NCBI RefSeq assembly: GCF_003334335.1
Contig: NZ_QOWQ01000005.1
DNA: 64,000 nucleotides
DNA from: Escherichia coli
Lineage (GTDB): Bacteria > Pseudomonadota > Gammaproteobacteria > Enterobacterales > Enterobacteriaceae
Direction: 5' to 3' (one strand)
Shown here: one piece after another, positions 37,023-48,556 of the stretch
How positions within the stretch are numbered: the first letter of the stretch is position 1
Layout: every line of letters starts with the position of its first letter
The notes under the pieces: model-generated
Databases searched by the model: none
Seen by the model: the letters and a program-made list of their open reading frames with translations, nothing else
What the model was told of the DNA's origin: nothing
Made by a program: the position numbers and the translations under genes

Positions 37023-38219
37023 ATGCGTGGAGATTTTTATCAGCAGTTAGCCAACGATCTGGAAACCGCTCGTGCGGAAGGATTGTTTAAAGAAGAGCGC
37101 ATTATCACATCCGCTCAACAAGCGGATATCACTGTGGCGGATGGTAGCCACGTCATTAACTTTTGTGCCAATAACTACCTGGGGCTGGCGAACCACCCGG
37201 AACTGATTGCGGCAGCAAAAGCGGGAATGGATTCTCATGGTTTCGGCATGGCTTCGGTGCGTTTTATTTGTGGCACTCAGGACAGCCACAAAGAGCTTGA
37301 GCAGAAGCTGGCTGCATTCCTGGGGATGGAAGATGCGATTCTCTACTCTTCCTGCTTTGATGCTAACGGTGGCCTGTTTGAAACACTGCTGGGTGCGGAA
37401 GACGCCATTATCTCCGACGCACTGAACCACGCGTCTATTATTGATGGTGTGCGTCTGTGTAAAGCTAAACGCTATCGCTATGCCAACAACGATATGCAGG
37501 AGCTTGAAGCTCGTCTGAAAGAAGCGCGTGAAGCCGGTGCGCGTCATGTGCTGATTGCCACCGATGGTGTGTTCTCGATGGACGGCGTGATTGCCAATCT
37601 GAAGGGCGTTTGCAATCTGGCAGATAAATACGATGCCCTGGTGATGGTAGACGACTCCCACGCGGTCGGTTTTGTCGGTGAAAACGGTCGTGGTTCCCAT
37701 GAATACTGCGATGTGATGGGCCGGGTCGATATTATCACCGGTACGCTTGGTAAAGCGCTGGGCGGGGCTTCTGGTGGTTATACCGCGGCGCGCAAAGAAG
37801 TGGTTGAGTGGCTACGCCAGCGTTCTCGTCCGTACCTGTTCTCCAACTCGCTGGCACCAGCGATTGTCGCCGCTTCCATCAAAGTGCTGGAGATGGTTGA
37901 AGCGGGCAGCGAGCTACGTGACCGTTTGTGGGCGAACGCGCGTCAGTTCCGTGAGCAAATGTCGGCGGCGGGCTTTACCCTGGCGGGAGCCGATCACGCC
38001 ATTATTCCGGTCATGCTTGGCGATGCGGTAGTGGCGCAGAAATTTGCTCGTGAGCTGCAAAAAGAGGGGATTTACGTCACCGGTTTCTTCTATCCGGTCG
38101 TTCCGAAAGGTCAGGCGCGTATTCGTACCCAGATGTCTGCGGCGCATACCTCTGAGCAAATTACGCGCGCAGTAGAAGCATTCACGCGTATTGGTAAACA
38201 ACTGGGCGTTATCGCCTGA
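37023..38219 (+). CDS. kbl: 2-amino-3-ketobutyrate CoA ligase (glycine C-acetyltransferase)
   Basis: ORF track 36504..38219 is over-extended antisense through hldD; true N-terminus [27 protein letters not shown] (398 aa). Confidence 0.9.
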   Translation: MRGDFYQQLANDLETARAEGLFKEERIITSAQQADITVADGSHVINFCANNYLGLANHPELIAAAKAGMDSHGFGMASVRFICGTQDSHKELEQKLAAFLGMEDAILYSSCFDANGGLFETLLGAEDAIISDALNHASIIDGVRLCKAKRYRYANNDMQELEARLKEAREAGARHVLIATDGVFSMDGVIANLKGVCNLADKYDALVMVDDSHAVGFVGENGRGSHEYCDVMGRVDIITGTLGKALGGASGGYTAARKEVVEWLRQRSRPYLFSNSLAPAIVAASIKVLEMVEAGSELRDRLWANARQFREQMSAAGFTLAGADHAIIPVMLGDAVVAQKFARELQKEGIYVTGFFYPVVPKGQARIRTQMSAAHTSEQITRAVEAFTRIGKQLGVIA

Positions 38220-38228
38220 GGATGTGAA

Positions 38229-39254
38229 ATGAAAGCGTTATCCAAACTGAAAGCGGAAGAAGGCATCTGGATGACCGACGTTCCTGAGCCGGAACTGGGT
38301 CATAACGATCTGCTGATTAAAATCCGTAAAACAGCCATCTGCGGGACTGACGTTCACATCTATAACTGGGATGAGTGGTCGCAAAAAACCATCCCGGTGC
38401 CGATGGTCGTGGGCCATGAATATGTCGGTGAAGTGGTAGGTATTGGTCAGGAAGTGAAAGGCTTCAAGATTGGCGATCGCGTTTCTGGCGAAGGCCATAT
38501 CACTTGCGGTCACTGTCGCAACTGTCGTGGCGGTCGTACCCATCTGTGCCGCAACACGATCGGCGTCGGCGTTAACCGCCCGGGCTGCTTCGCCGAATAT
38601 CTGGTGATTCCGGCGTTCAACGCCTTCAAAATTCCCGACAATATCTCCGACGATCTGGCTTCCATTTTTGATCCCTTCGGTAATGCCGTGCATACCGCGC
38701 TGTCGTTCGATCTGGTTGGCGAGGATGTGCTGGTCTCTGGTGCAGGTCCGATAGGTATTATGGCTGCGGCGGTGGCGAAACACGTTGGTGCACGCAATGT
38801 GGTGATCACGGATGTTAATGAATATCGTCTCGAACTGGCGCGCAAAATGGGTATCACCCGTGCGGTCAACGTCGCTAAAGAAAACCTTAATGATGTGATG
38901 GCAGAACTGGGTATGACCGAAGGCTTTGATGTCGGTCTGGAAATGTCCGGTGCGCCGCCAGCGTTTCGTACCATGCTCGACACCATGAACCACGGCGGTC
39001 GTATTGCGATGTTGGGTATTCCACCTTCTGACATGTCGATAGACTGGACAAAAGTGATCTTTAAGGGCTTGTTCATTAAAGGCATTTACGGTCGTGAGAT
39101 GTTTGAAACCTGGTACAAGATGGCGGCGCTGATTCAGTCTGGCCTCGATCTCTCGCCGATCATTACCCATCGTTTCTCTATCGATGATTTCCAGAAGGGC
39201 TTTGACGCTATGCGTTCGGGCCAGTCCGGGAAAGTTATTCTGAGCTGGGATTAA
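38229..39254 (+). CDS. tdh: L-threonine 3-dehydrogenase
   Basis: 341-aa zinc-dependent alcohol dehydrogenase-family ORF directly downstream of kbl. Confidence 0.92.
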   Translation: MKALSKLKAEEGIWMTDVPEPELGHNDLLIKIRKTAICGTDVHIYNWDEWSQKTIPVPMVVGHEYVGEVVGIGQEVKGFKIGDRVSGEGHITCGHCRNCRGGRTHLCRNTIGVGVNRPGCFAEYLVIPAFNAFKIPDNISDDLASIFDPFGNAVHTALSFDLVGEDVLVSGAGPIGIMAAAVAKHVGARNVVITDVNEYRLELARKMGITRAVNVAKENLNDVMAELGMTEGFDVGLEMSGAPPAFRTMLDTMNHGGRIAMLGIPPSDMSIDWTKVIFKGLFIKGIYGREMFETWYKMAALIQSGLDLSPIITHRFSIDDFQKGFDAMRSGQSGKVILSWD

Positions 39255-39492
39255 CACGAACAAGGGCTGGTATTCCAGCCCTTTTATCTGAGGATAATCT
39301 GTTAAATATGTAAAATCCTGTCAGTGTAATAAAGAGTTCGTAATTGTGCTGATCTCTTATATAGCTGCTCTCATTATCTCTCTACCCTGAAGTGACTCTC
39401 TCACCTGTAAAAATAATATCTCACAGGCTTAATAGTTTCTTAATACAAAGCCTGTAAAACGTCAGGATAACTTCAGAGGTCGTCGGTAATTT

Positions 39493-40527
39493 ATGATGAA
39501 CAGCACCAATAAACTTAGTGTTATTATTCCGTTATATAATGCGGGCGATGATTTCCGCACTTGTATGGAATCTTTAATTACGCAAACCTGGACTGCTCTG
39601 GAAATCATTATTATTAACGATGGTTCAACGGATAATTCTGTTGAAATAGCAAAGCATTACGCAGAAAACTATCCGCACGTTCGTTTGTTGCATCAGGCGA
39701 ATGCTGGCGCATCGGTGGCGCGTAATCGTGGGATTGAAGTGGCAACGGGCAAATATGTCGCTTTTGTCGATGCTGACGATGAAGTCTATCCCACCATGTA
39801 CGAAACGCTGATGACCATGGCGTTAGAGGACGACCTCGACGTGGCGCAGTGCAACGCTGACTGGTGTTTTCGTGAAACGGGAGAAACCTGGCAATCCATC
39901 CCCACCGATCGCCTTCGCTCAACCGGCGTCTTAACCGGCCCGGACTGGCTGCGGATGGGGCTTTCTTCGCGCCGTTGGACTCACGTTGTCTGGATGGGGG
40001 TTTATCGCCGTGATGTTATTGTTAAAAATAACATTAAATTTATTGCCGGATTACATCATCAGGATATTGTCTGGACAACAGAATTCATGTTTAACGCGCT
40101 GCGTGCGCGATATACCGAGCAATCATTATATAAATATTATCTGCATAATACGTCAGTGAGTCGGTTGCATAGACAAGGGAATAAAAACCTTAATTATCAA
40201 CGTCACTATATTAAGATTACCCGCCTGCTGGAGAAATTAAATCGAAATTATGCCGACAAAATTATGATTTATCCGGAATTTCATCAGCAAATAACTTACG
40301 AGGCATTGCGTGTTTGCCATGCGGTGCGCAAAGAGCCGGATATTCTTACCCGCCAACGGATGATTGCCGAGATATTTACTTCCGGTATGTATAAGCGCCT
40401 GATTACCAATGTGCGCAGCGTGAAGGTCGGTTACCAGGCGTTACTGTGGTCTTTCCGCTTATGGCAATGGCGCGACAAAACGCGGTCGCACCATCGCATT
40501 ACGCGTAGCGCCTTTAATTTGCGCTAG
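39493..40527 (+). CDS. waaH: LPS core GlcUA transferase (GT2)
   Basis: 344-aa ORF with GT2 N-terminal LSVIIPLYNAG...DGSTDNS and DADDE motifs. Confidence 0.8.
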   Translation: MMNSTNKLSVIIPLYNAGDDFRTCMESLITQTWTALEIIIINDGSTDNSVEIAKHYAENYPHVRLLHQANAGASVARNRGIEVATGKYVAFVDADDEVYPTMYETLMTMALEDDLDVAQCNADWCFRETGETWQSIPTDRLRSTGVLTGPDWLRMGLSSRRWTHVVWMGVYRRDVIVKNNIKFIAGLHHQDIVWTTEFMFNALRARYTEQSLYKYYLHNTSVSRLHRQGNKNLNYQRHYIKITRLLEKLNRNYADKIMIYPEFHQQITYEALRVCHAVRKEPDILTRQRMIAEIFTSGMYKRLITNVRSVKVGYQALLWSFRLWQWRDKTRSHHRITRSAFNLR

Positions 40528-41473
40528 CGTTAAACTTCGCCGCTTCGGGCTGTTTGCCCCAGCCTTGCCACTGATGCTGGAAGTAAACGATCAGCGTGCT
40601 CTGGCTGATGCTTTCGCTTAATACTTCAAAGAAGCGATTAGCATAAACAGGTTCTATCGGTTTCTTCGGTTTGCACAGCTTCACGCCACGGAACGGATTA
40701 CGCGGTGCATCAGGCACAGCGTTTTTCGGCGGTGTAGAAGTATCAACCTGCGGTTCATTCAGCAAGCTGCTGGCTTTCACCAGCGTAATGTCTGGCGGCA
40801 GGTTATAAACCATCTGTTGTAGCACGCGTACCGTTGAAGGGTGAGGATGCCCAATGGCAATGGTTGAACCGTTGCGACGCGCCAGATCAATTGCGCGATT
40901 AAATTGCACACGGATGTCCGCTTCGTTCTGCGAATCGTCGAGGAACACCTTCCGTTTGATCACCTTCACGCCAGTACCTTGCGCGGCGCGCATCGCCTGG
41001 GTATTACCGATGGTTACGCTGTCGAGGAAGTAAAGATTGTAACGCTCCAGTGCCTGCATCACTTTCTGCATACCAAACAGGTTAGAGGTCATCTTGCTAC
41101 CCATGTGGTTGTTGATCCCCACGGCATAGGGCACGTTATTGACCGCACTACGAATAATGCGCTCAATTTCGTCGCTGCTCATCTCCGGGCGCAGCGTATT
41201 TTTCTCCAGCGGCTGTTTACTCAGTGGTGCCATCGGGAGATGAATCAACACTTCGTGCCCGCTGTTATGCGCTTTGGTCGCCATCTCTCTGGCGTGCGGT
41301 GAATCGGGTAATACAGCGACGGAGATAGCGGAGGGCATCGCCAGCACCTGGTTTTCGTTGTGCGGGCGATACCCAAAATCATCAATGACGATGGCAAGTT
41401 TGCCAGCAAGTACGGGGGAGGAGAGCGCCAACAGAGCGGCAAATGCAAGAACGTTACGACGAAATGGAAACAA
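40514..41473 (-). CDS. yibQ: Divergent polysaccharide deacetylase family protein
   Basis: 319-aa ORF with signal peptide; 14-nt convergent overlap with the waaH 3' end. Confidence 0.8.
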   Translation of the reverse strand: MFPFRRNVLAFAALLALSSPVLAGKLAIVIDDFGYRPHNENQVLAMPSAISVAVLPDSPHAREMATKAHNSGHEVLIHLPMAPLSKQPLEKNTLRPEMSSDEIERIIRSAVNNVPYAVGINNHMGSKMTSNLFGMQKVMQALERYNLYFLDSVTIGNTQAMRAAQGTGVKVIKRKVFLDDSQNEADIRVQFNRAIDLARRNGSTIAIGHPHPSTVRVLQQMVYNLPPDITLVKASSLLNEPQVDTSTPPKNAVPDAPRNPFRGVKLCKPKKPIEPVYANRFFEVLSESISQSTLIVYFQHQWQGWGKQPEAAKFNASAN

Positions 41474-41476
41474 AAC

Positions 41477-42736
41477 TTATCTTCCCAACCACGGCTGTGG
41501 ATTGACCGCCTGACCCTGGCGGCGAATTTCGAAATAGAGTGAAGGCCGACCCTGACCGCCACTGCTGCCCACCAGTGCAATTGGCTGGCCCGCGCGAACC
41601 TGCGAACCAACGCTCACCAGTGCGCTCTGATTATAGCCGTAAAGACTCATGTCGCCTTTACCGTGCTCAACCACCACCACCAGACCGTAACCTTGCAGCC
41701 AGTCAGCCAGAATCACCCGACCGTCGGCAATCGCTTTAACTTCAGTACCTTCAGAGGCACCGATAACCATTCCTTTCCAGCGTAGTTCGCCCTGTAGCTG
41801 TTCACCATAGCGATGCAGCGTCGGCCCGCGAACCGGCCAGAATGCCTGACCACGCGGCGCACCCAGACCACCGGTACGGGACATCAGCGATTTTTCGCTT
41901 TCAGTCGGTTTGTAGGTGGTGCCTTTACGCGTCGCTTCTTTCTGGCGGTCGCGAACCGCCTGGGCCTCACGCGCTTCTCGTTCAGCACGCGCTTTCGCCG
42001 CGGCTTCCGCACGGGCAATGCTGTTACGCAGACGGGATTCGTTGGCACGCAGTTCACTTAGCTGCTGCTGACCTTGCTGGATGGAAGATTCCAGCCCCGC
42101 CAGCGTCTTTTTACGCTCGTTCAGAGCCTGAGTCAGTTTCGCCTGTTGGGCGCGCTGTTCATATAACAGCGTTTGTTGCTCGCTTTGTTTCTCTTCCAGT
42201 TCAGCACGCTGCATGGCGACTTCTTCACGCGTTTGCTTCAACTGGGCAATGGTTTCTTGTCGCGCCTGGTTGAGATAGCCGAAATAAGCCTGTAAACGCT
42301 GTCCACGCTGGCTTTCTTCACCGCTGAGAATTAGCTGAATACCGGTATGCTCGCCCTGACGGAATGCGGCATCCAGTTGTGCGGCGAGGCTGCGCTCCTG
42401 GGCGGCTTTTTGCTGCTCCAGTTTGGCAATCGACGCGTTCATCTCATCAATCTGTTTATTGAGTTGATTGAGCGTGTTTTGCGTTTCGCGCAGCTTACGG
42501 GTGGCTTCAGAGATCGCTTCTTCCTGCTTTTTCAATTGTGCGAGCAGGCTTGCGCGTTGTTGTTGCTTTTGGCGTACCGCGCGCTCTTTCGCGGCGATAT
42601 CGGCCTGAATAGATTTGAGTTGGTCACGCTCATCCGCGTGGGCGGAAAAGGCGCACAACAATACGCCAGCGCTAAGAACGCTGGCGTAGATGATGGGCCT
42701 GATTGCAAACCTGCGCGGTTTCACGGCCCGTGTCAT
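41477..42736 (-). CDS. envC: Murein hydrolase activator EnvC (coiled-coil plus LytM domain)
   Basis: ORF 41477..42760 trimmed to MTRAVKPRRF (419 aa); long Q/A-rich coiled coil and C-terminal M23/LytM domain. Confidence 0.88.
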   Translation of the reverse strand: MTRAVKPRRFAIRPIIYASVLSAGVLLCAFSAHADERDQLKSIQADIAAKERAVRQKQQQRASLLAQLKKQEEAISEATRKLRETQNTLNQLNKQIDEMNASIAKLEQQKAAQERSLAAQLDAAFRQGEHTGIQLILSGEESQRGQRLQAYFGYLNQARQETIAQLKQTREEVAMQRAELEEKQSEQQTLLYEQRAQQAKLTQALNERKKTLAGLESSIQQGQQQLSELRANESRLRNSIARAEAAAKARAEREAREAQAVRDRQKEATRKGTTYKPTESEKSLMSRTGGLGAPRGQAFWPVRGPTLHRYGEQLQGELRWKGMVIGASEGTEVKAIADGRVILADWLQGYGLVVVVEHGKGDMSLYGYNQSALVSVGSQVRAGQPIALVGSSGGQGRPSLYFEIRRQGQAVNPQPWLGR

Positions 42737-42769
42737 GGTATTAATCGCCTTTCCCCTCATGGGGAGGGA

Positions 42770-44314
42770 TTATTCCACGATGAACAGCGGCTTACCAGTC
42801 ATCTCTTGCGGGATTTCCATACCCATCAGCGACAACATGGTCGGCGCGATGTCAGAAAGTTTGCCGCCTGCAACCGCTTTCACGTTCTTATCACCAACGT
42901 AAATCAGCGGAACTGGCAGGTTGGTGTGTGCCGTGTGTGCCTGACCCGTTGCCGGATCGCGCATCTGTTCAGCGTTACCGTGGTCAGCGGTGATCAGCAG
43001 TTGTCCACCCACGGACTCAACCGCTTTCGCGACTTCTTCCACGCAGTGATCCAGTGCTTCAACCGCTTTAACCGCCGCTTCCATCACCCCGGTGTGACCT
43101 ACCATGTCGCCGTTCGGATAGTTACAGATAATGGTGTCGTATTTGCCGCTCTTGATGGCCGCAACCAGTTTTTCGGTCAGCTCTGCGGAGCTCATTTCCG
43201 GTTGCAGATCGTAGGTAGCCACTTTCGGTGAGTTGATCAGAATGCGATCTTCGCCTTTGAACGACTCTTCTACGCCACCGTTGAAGAAGAAAGTAACGTG
43301 GGCATATTTTTCGGTTTCGGAAATACGCAACTGAGTTTTGTCGTTTTTCGCCATCCACTCGCCGAAGGTGTTAACCAGGGAAGCGGGTGGGTAAGCAACC
43401 GCAGTTTTGATGTCAGCGGCGTATTCGGTCAGCATCACGAAATCGACGTTAACCACTTTCTTACGCGCGAAGCCGTCGAAATCTGCGTTTACGAATGCAC
43501 GAGTGATTTCGCGCGCGCGGTCAGCACGGAAGTTCATGAAAATCAGCGCATCGCCGTCTTCCATTGCCGCATCTGGCTGACCTTCTGCACGAATAACGGT
43601 CGCTTTCACGAACTCGTCGTTTTCGTCGCGAGCATAAGCTGCCTGCAAACCAGCAACGGCAGTATCGGCCTGGAACTCACCCTGCGCCAGAGTCAGCAGG
43701 TCATAGGCTTTTTCAACGCGATCCCAACGGTTATCGCGGTCCATCGCGTAGTAACGACCAATGATGGACGCTACGCGGCCTTTACCCAGCGCAGCAAATT
43801 TCTCTTCAAATTTTTTCAGCGAGGATTCAGCACTGCGCGGCGGGGTGTCGCGACCGTCAAGGAATGCGTGCAGGTAGATTTTTTCTGCGCCGCGTTCAGC
43901 TGCCAGTTCTACCATCGCCATGATGTGATCTTCGTGGCTGTGTACGCCGCCTGCGGAGAGCAGACCCATAATGTGTACTGCTTTACCTGCGTTTTTCGCT
44001 TTATCTACCGCGCCAGTCAGCACTGGATTAGCAAAGAAAGCGCGATCTTTGATTTCAACGTCCAGACGAGTCAGGTCCTGATACACGATGCGGCCGGCAC
44101 CCAGGTTAACGTGGCCTACTTCGGAGTTACCCATCTGACGGTCAGGCAGACCGACTTCCAGACCGGAAGCGTCGATCAGGGTATGCGGACGATTGGCCCA
44201 CAGTGCATCCATTACCGGGGTTTTAGCACTAAAAATGGCGTTATCCTGCTGTTCTTCACGATAGCCATAGCCATCCAGAATCACCAGTACCATAGGTTTT
44301 TTAGAAACCGACAT
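42770..44314 (-). CDS. gpmM: 2,3-bisphosphoglycerate-independent phosphoglycerate mutase
   Basis: ORF 42770..44458 trimmed to [19 protein letters not shown] (514 aa). Confidence 0.9.
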
Positions 44315-44558
44315 TGCGACAACCTCATACTCAAGAGTCAAAATTTGCGTAATTTTACTACAGCTGAATCGATAAAATAGCCTCTGAAGATCAAAATATA
44401 CGACCGCTCGCGGCAAGCCGATGCCAGATTTGCGCTTTTTTTTCGTCGTGCCCCGCAAAATTGCATTCCAGTTAACGCGCTGGCTGTATTTGCCGCACCG
44501 CGCAGGTATACTCCTTTCCTGGTTTTTTTAATCACTACGTCGGGAGTTGTTACCCCCC

Positions 44559-44990
44559 ATGCAAGAAATTATGCAATTTGTTGGCCGTCATCCCATACTG
44601 AGTATCGCCTGGATCGCGTTACTGGTGGCGGTTCTTGTGACTACGTTTAAGAGCCTGACCTCGAAAGTGAAGGTGATTACTCGTGGTGAAGCTACGCGTC
44701 TGATCAACAAAGAAGACGCTGTGGTTGTGGATTTACGTCAGCGTGATGACTTCCGTAAAGGCCATATCGCAGGTTCTATCAATCTGTTGCCGAGCGAAAT
44801 CAAAGCCAACAATGTTGGTGAGCTTGAGAAGCACAAAGACAAACCGGTTATCGTGGTAGACGGTTCTGGCATGCAGTGCCAGGAGCCTGCAAACGCGCTG
44901 ACGAAAGCTGGTTTTGCGCAAGTATTCGTGCTGAAAGAGGGCGTTGCTGGCTGGGCTGGCGAAAACTTGCCTCTGGTGCGCGGCAAATAA
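44559..44990 (+). CDS. yibN: Rhodanese-domain membrane-anchored protein
   Basis: ORF 44547..44990 trimmed to [21 protein letters not shown] (143 aa). Confidence 0.8.
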
Positions 44991-45131
44991 TTTACCTGTC
45001 GTCTTTCATGATGCAGGCCGTTAGCTGCAATTAGGCCCCCAGCGACTTATTGTTATAAGCTTCTGGGGACACTCCATTTTGCAGCCGCCCTGCAACATGA
45101 AATTTCAGGGTAAAAAAACAGGAGCTAAATT

Positions 45132-45383
45132 ATGGCCAATGTTGAAATCTATACCAAAGAAACCTGCCCGTATTGCCATCGTGCAAAAGCACTGCTGAGC
45201 AGCAAGGGCGTGAGTTTTCAGGAGTTGCCGATCGATGGCAATGCCGCCAAGCGTGAAGAGATGATCAAACGCAGCGGTCGCACCACGGTTCCCCAGATTT
45301 TTATTGACGCACAGCACATTGGCGGCTGTGATGACTTGTATGCATTGGATGCACGTGGTGGACTGGATCCCCTGCTGAAATAA
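45132..45383 (+). CDS. grxC: Glutaredoxin 3
   Basis: 83-aa ORF with CPYC active site. Confidence 0.92.
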
Positions 45384-45445
45384 CGTGTGAACGTTGGCAT
45401 TACATTGCGCAGTATTTAAGGACAACACTTAAGGGTTTTCTACAC

Positions 45446-45913
45446 ATGTCAGAACAAAACAACACTGAAATGACTTTCCAGATCCAACGTATTTATACCA
45501 AGGATATCTCTTTCGAAGCGCCGAACGCGCCGCACGTTTTCCAGAAAGATTGGCAACCAGAAGTTAAACTTGATCTGGATACGGCATCTTCCCAACTGGC
45601 AGATGACGTATACGAAGTGGTACTGCGTGTTACCGTAACGGCCTCCCTGGGCGAAGAAACCGCGTTCCTGTGTGAAGTTCAGCAGGGCGGTATTTTCTCC
45701 ATCGCGGGTATCGAAGGCACCCAGATGGCACATTGCCTGGGCGCATACTGCCCGAACATTCTGTTCCCGTATGCTCGTGAGTGCATCACCAGCATGGTAT
45801 CCCGCGGTACATTCCCGCAACTGAACCTTGCGCCGGTTAACTTCGATGCGCTGTTCATGAACTATTTGCAGCAGCAGGCTGGCGAAGGTACTGAAGAACA
45901 TCAGGATGCCTGA
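45446..45913 (+). CDS. secB: Protein-export chaperone SecB
   Basis: 155-aa [32 protein letters not shown]. Confidence 0.95.
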
Positions 45914-46932
45914 TGAACCAACGTAATGCTTCAATGACTGTGATCGGTGCCGGCTCGTACGGCACCGCTCTTGCCATTACCCTGGCAAGAAATGGCCACG
46001 AGGTTGTCCTCTGGGGCCATGACCCTGAACATATCGCAACGCTTGAACGCGACCGCTGTAACGCCGCGTTTCTCCCCGATGTGCCTTTTCCCGATACGCT
46101 CCATCTTGAAAGCGATCTCGCCACTGCGCTGGCAGCCAGCCGTAATATTCTCGTCGTCGTACCCAGCCATGTCTTTGGTGAAGTGCTGCGCCAGATTAAA
46201 CCGCTGATGCGTCCTGATGCGCGTCTGGTGTGGGCGACCAAAGGGCTGGAAGCGGAAACCGGGCGTCTGTTACAGGACGTGGCCCGCGAGGCGTTAGGCG
46301 ATCAAATTCCGCTGGCGGTTATCTCTGGCCCAACGTTTGCGAAAGAACTGGCGGCAGGTTTACCGACAGCTATTTCGCTGGCCTCGACCGATCAGACCTT
46401 TGCTGATGATCTTCAGCAGCTGCTGCACTGCGGCAAAAGTTTCCGCGTTTACAGTAACCCGGATTTCATTGGCGTGCAGCTTGGCGGCGCGGTGAAAAAC
46501 GTCATTGCCATTGGTGCGGGGATGTCCGACGGTATCGGTTTTGGTGCGAATGCGCGTACGGCGCTGATCACCCGTGGGCTGGCTGAAATGTCGCGTCTTG
46601 GCGCGGCGCTGGGTGCCGATCCTGCCACCTTTATGGGCATGGCGGGGCTGGGGGATCTGGTGCTTACCTGTACCGACAACCAGTCGCGTAACCGCCGTTT
46701 TGGCATGATGCTCGGTCAGGGCATGGATGTACAAAGCGCGCAGGAGAAGATTGGTCAGGTGGTGGAAGGCTACCGCAATACGAAAGAAGTCCGCGAACTG
46801 GCGCATCGCTTCGGCGTTGAAATGCCAATAACCGAGGAAATTTATCAAGTATTATATTGCGGAAAAAACGCGCGCGAGGCAGCATTGACGTTATTAGGTC
46901 GTGCACGCAAGGACGAGCGCAGCAGCCACTAA
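45913..46932 (+). CDS. gpsA: NAD(P)H-dependent glycerol-3-phosphate dehydrogenase
   Basis: 339-aa ORF with [10 protein letters not shown] Rossmann motif; ATGA overlap with the secB stop. Confidence 0.93.
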   Translation: MNQRNASMTVIGAGSYGTALAITLARNGHEVVLWGHDPEHIATLERDRCNAAFLPDVPFPDTLHLESDLATALAASRNILVVVPSHVFGEVLRQIKPLMRPDARLVWATKGLEAETGRLLQDVAREALGDQIPLAVISGPTFAKELAAGLPTAISLASTDQTFADDLQQLLHCGKSFRVYSNPDFIGVQLGGAVKNVIAIGAGMSDGIGFGANARTALITRGLAEMSRLGAALGADPATFMGMAGLGDLVLTCTDNQSRNRRFGMMLGQGMDVQSAQEKIGQVVEGYRNTKEVRELAHRFGVEMPITEEIYQVLYCGKNAREAALTLLGRARKDERSSH

Positions 46933-47011
46933 CCTCAGGGAACCTTTGTTACCGCTATGACCCGGCCCGCGCAGAACGGGCCGGTCATTATCTCATCGTG
47001 TGGAGTAAGCA

Positions 47012-47833
47012 ATGTCGTGTGAAGAACTGGAAATTGTCTGGAACAATATTAAAGCCGAAGCCAGAACGCTGGCGGACTGTGAGCCAATGCTGGCCAGTTT
47101 TTACCACGCGACGCTACTCAAACACGAAAACCTTGGCAGTGCACTGAGCTACATGCTGGCGAACAAGCTGTCATCGCCAATTATGCCTGCTATTGCTATC
47201 CGTGAAGTGGTGGAAGAAGCCTACGCCGCTGACCCGGAAATGATCGCCTCTGCGGCCTGTGATATTCAGGCGGTGCGTACCCGCGACCCGGCAGTCGATA
47301 AATACTCAACCCCGTTGTTATACCTGAAGGGTTTTCATGCCTTGCAGGCCTATCGCATCGGTCACTGGTTGTGGAATCAGGGGCGTCGCGCACTGGCAAT
47401 CTTTCTGCAAAACCAGGTTTCTGTGACGTTCCAGGTCGATATTCACCCGGCAGCAAAAATTGGTCGCGGTATCATGCTTGACCACGCGACAGGCATCGTC
47501 GTTGGTGAAACGGCGGTGATTGAAAACGACGTATCGATTCTGCAATCTGTGACGCTTGGCGGTACGGGTAAATCTGGTGGTGACCGTCACCCGAAAATTC
47601 GTGAAGGTGTGATGATTGGCGCGGGCGCGAAAATCCTCGGCAATATTGAAGTTGGGCGCGGCGCGAAGATTGGCGCAGGTTCCGTGGTGCTGCAACCGGT
47701 GCCGCCGCATACCACCGCCGCTGGCGTTCCGGCTCGTATTGTCGGTAAACCAGACAGCGATAAGCCATCAATGGATATGGACCAGCATTTCAACGGTATT
47801 AACCATACATTTGAGTATGGGGATGGGATCTAA
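47012..47833 (+). CDS. cysE: Serine O-acetyltransferase
   Basis: 273-aa ORF MSCEELEIVWNNIKAEART with left-handed beta-helix hexapeptide repeats. Confidence 0.93.
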   Translation: MSCEELEIVWNNIKAEARTLADCEPMLASFYHATLLKHENLGSALSYMLANKLSSPIMPAIAIREVVEEAYAADPEMIASAACDIQAVRTRDPAVDKYSTPLLYLKGFHALQAYRIGHWLWNQGRRALAIFLQNQVSVTFQVDIHPAAKIGRGIMLDHATGIVVGETAVIENDVSILQSVTLGGTGKSGGDRHPKIREGVMIGAGAKILGNIEVGRGAKIGAGSVVLQPVPPHTTAAGVPARIVGKPDSDKPSMDMDQHFNGINHTFEYGDGI

Positions 47834-47847
47834 TGTCCTGTGATCGT

Positions 47848-47880
47848 GCCGGATGCGATGTAATCATCTATCCGGCCTAC
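47848..47880. repeat. REP (repetitive extragenic palindrome) element
   Basis: gccggatgcgatg...tatccggcctac between convergent cysE and trmL. Confidence 0.6.
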
Positions 47881-47885
47881 AGTAA

Positions 47886-48359
47886 CTAATCTCTCAATAC
47901 CGCTCCCGGATACCCCAACTGCCGCCAGGCTTCATACACCACTACCGACACCGCATTGGACAGATTCATGCTGCGGCTGTCCGGCACCATCGGAATGCGA
48001 ATTTTTTGTTCAGCGGGCAGGGCATCAAGAATGCTCGCTGGCAGGCCGCGTGTTTCCGGGCCGAACATCAGATAATCGCCATCCTGATAGCTTACGGCGC
48101 TGTGAGCAGGTGTACCTTTCGTGGTGAGGGCGAACAGGCGCTGGGGATTTTCTGCTTCGAGGAACGCGCGATAGTCATGATGACGCGTAACGGCGGTAAA
48201 CTCGTGATAGTCCAGCCCCGCGCGGCGCAGGCGCTTATCGTCCCAGGCAAATCCCATCGGTTCGATGATATGCAGACGAAAGCCGGTATTAGCGCAAAGA
48301 CGGATGATGTTGCCAGTATTTGGCGGAATTTCTGGTTCGTAAAGTACGATGTTTAGCAT
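47886..48359 (-). CDS. trmL: tRNA (cytidine/uridine-2'-O)-methyltransferase TrmL (SPOUT)
   Basis: 157-aa [29 protein letters not shown]. Confidence 0.88.
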   Translation of the reverse strand: MLNIVLYEPEIPPNTGNIIRLCANTGFRLHIIEPMGFAWDDKRLRRAGLDYHEFTAVTRHHDYRAFLEAENPQRLFALTTKGTPAHSAVSYQDGDYLMFGPETRGLPASILDALPAEQKIRIPMVPDSRSMNLSNAVSVVVYEAWRQLGYPGAVLRD

Positions 48360-48394
48360 ACTGCCCCCTTAGTGCGGGGGCAGGATAGCAGAAA

Positions 48395-48550
48395 ATTGGT
48401 GAGCAGTGCGGCCTTTTCCCCTCACCCCGGCCCTCTCCCCGGAGGGGCGAGGGAGAAAAAAAGAGTGCGGTGTCGTTTCAGAGTGAGGGAGTACATACAG
48501 CGCCGAACGGTCCCCTCTCCCTGAGGGAGAGGGTTAGGGTGAGGGGGCGC
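48395..48550. repeat. GC-rich palindromic intergenic repeats (ccctctcc / ggagaggg and ccctcaccc / gggtgaggg units)
   Basis: Several inverted copies of the same short GC-rich units; the same family recurs at 55160-55378. Confidence 0.55.
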
Positions 48551-48556
48551 AAACGA

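Noticed and set aside
38238-39263. 341-aa minus-strand ORF exactly mirroring tdh
   Set aside because: It is an antisense shadow ORF of a GC-rich gene, rich in His/Arg/Thr with no domain signature; tdh on the plus strand is unambiguous.
44315-44458. Upstream extension of gpmM (562 aa in the ORF track)
   Set aside because: The conserved N-terminus [17 protein letters not shown] begins at 44314; the extra 48 codons are not conserved-looking.
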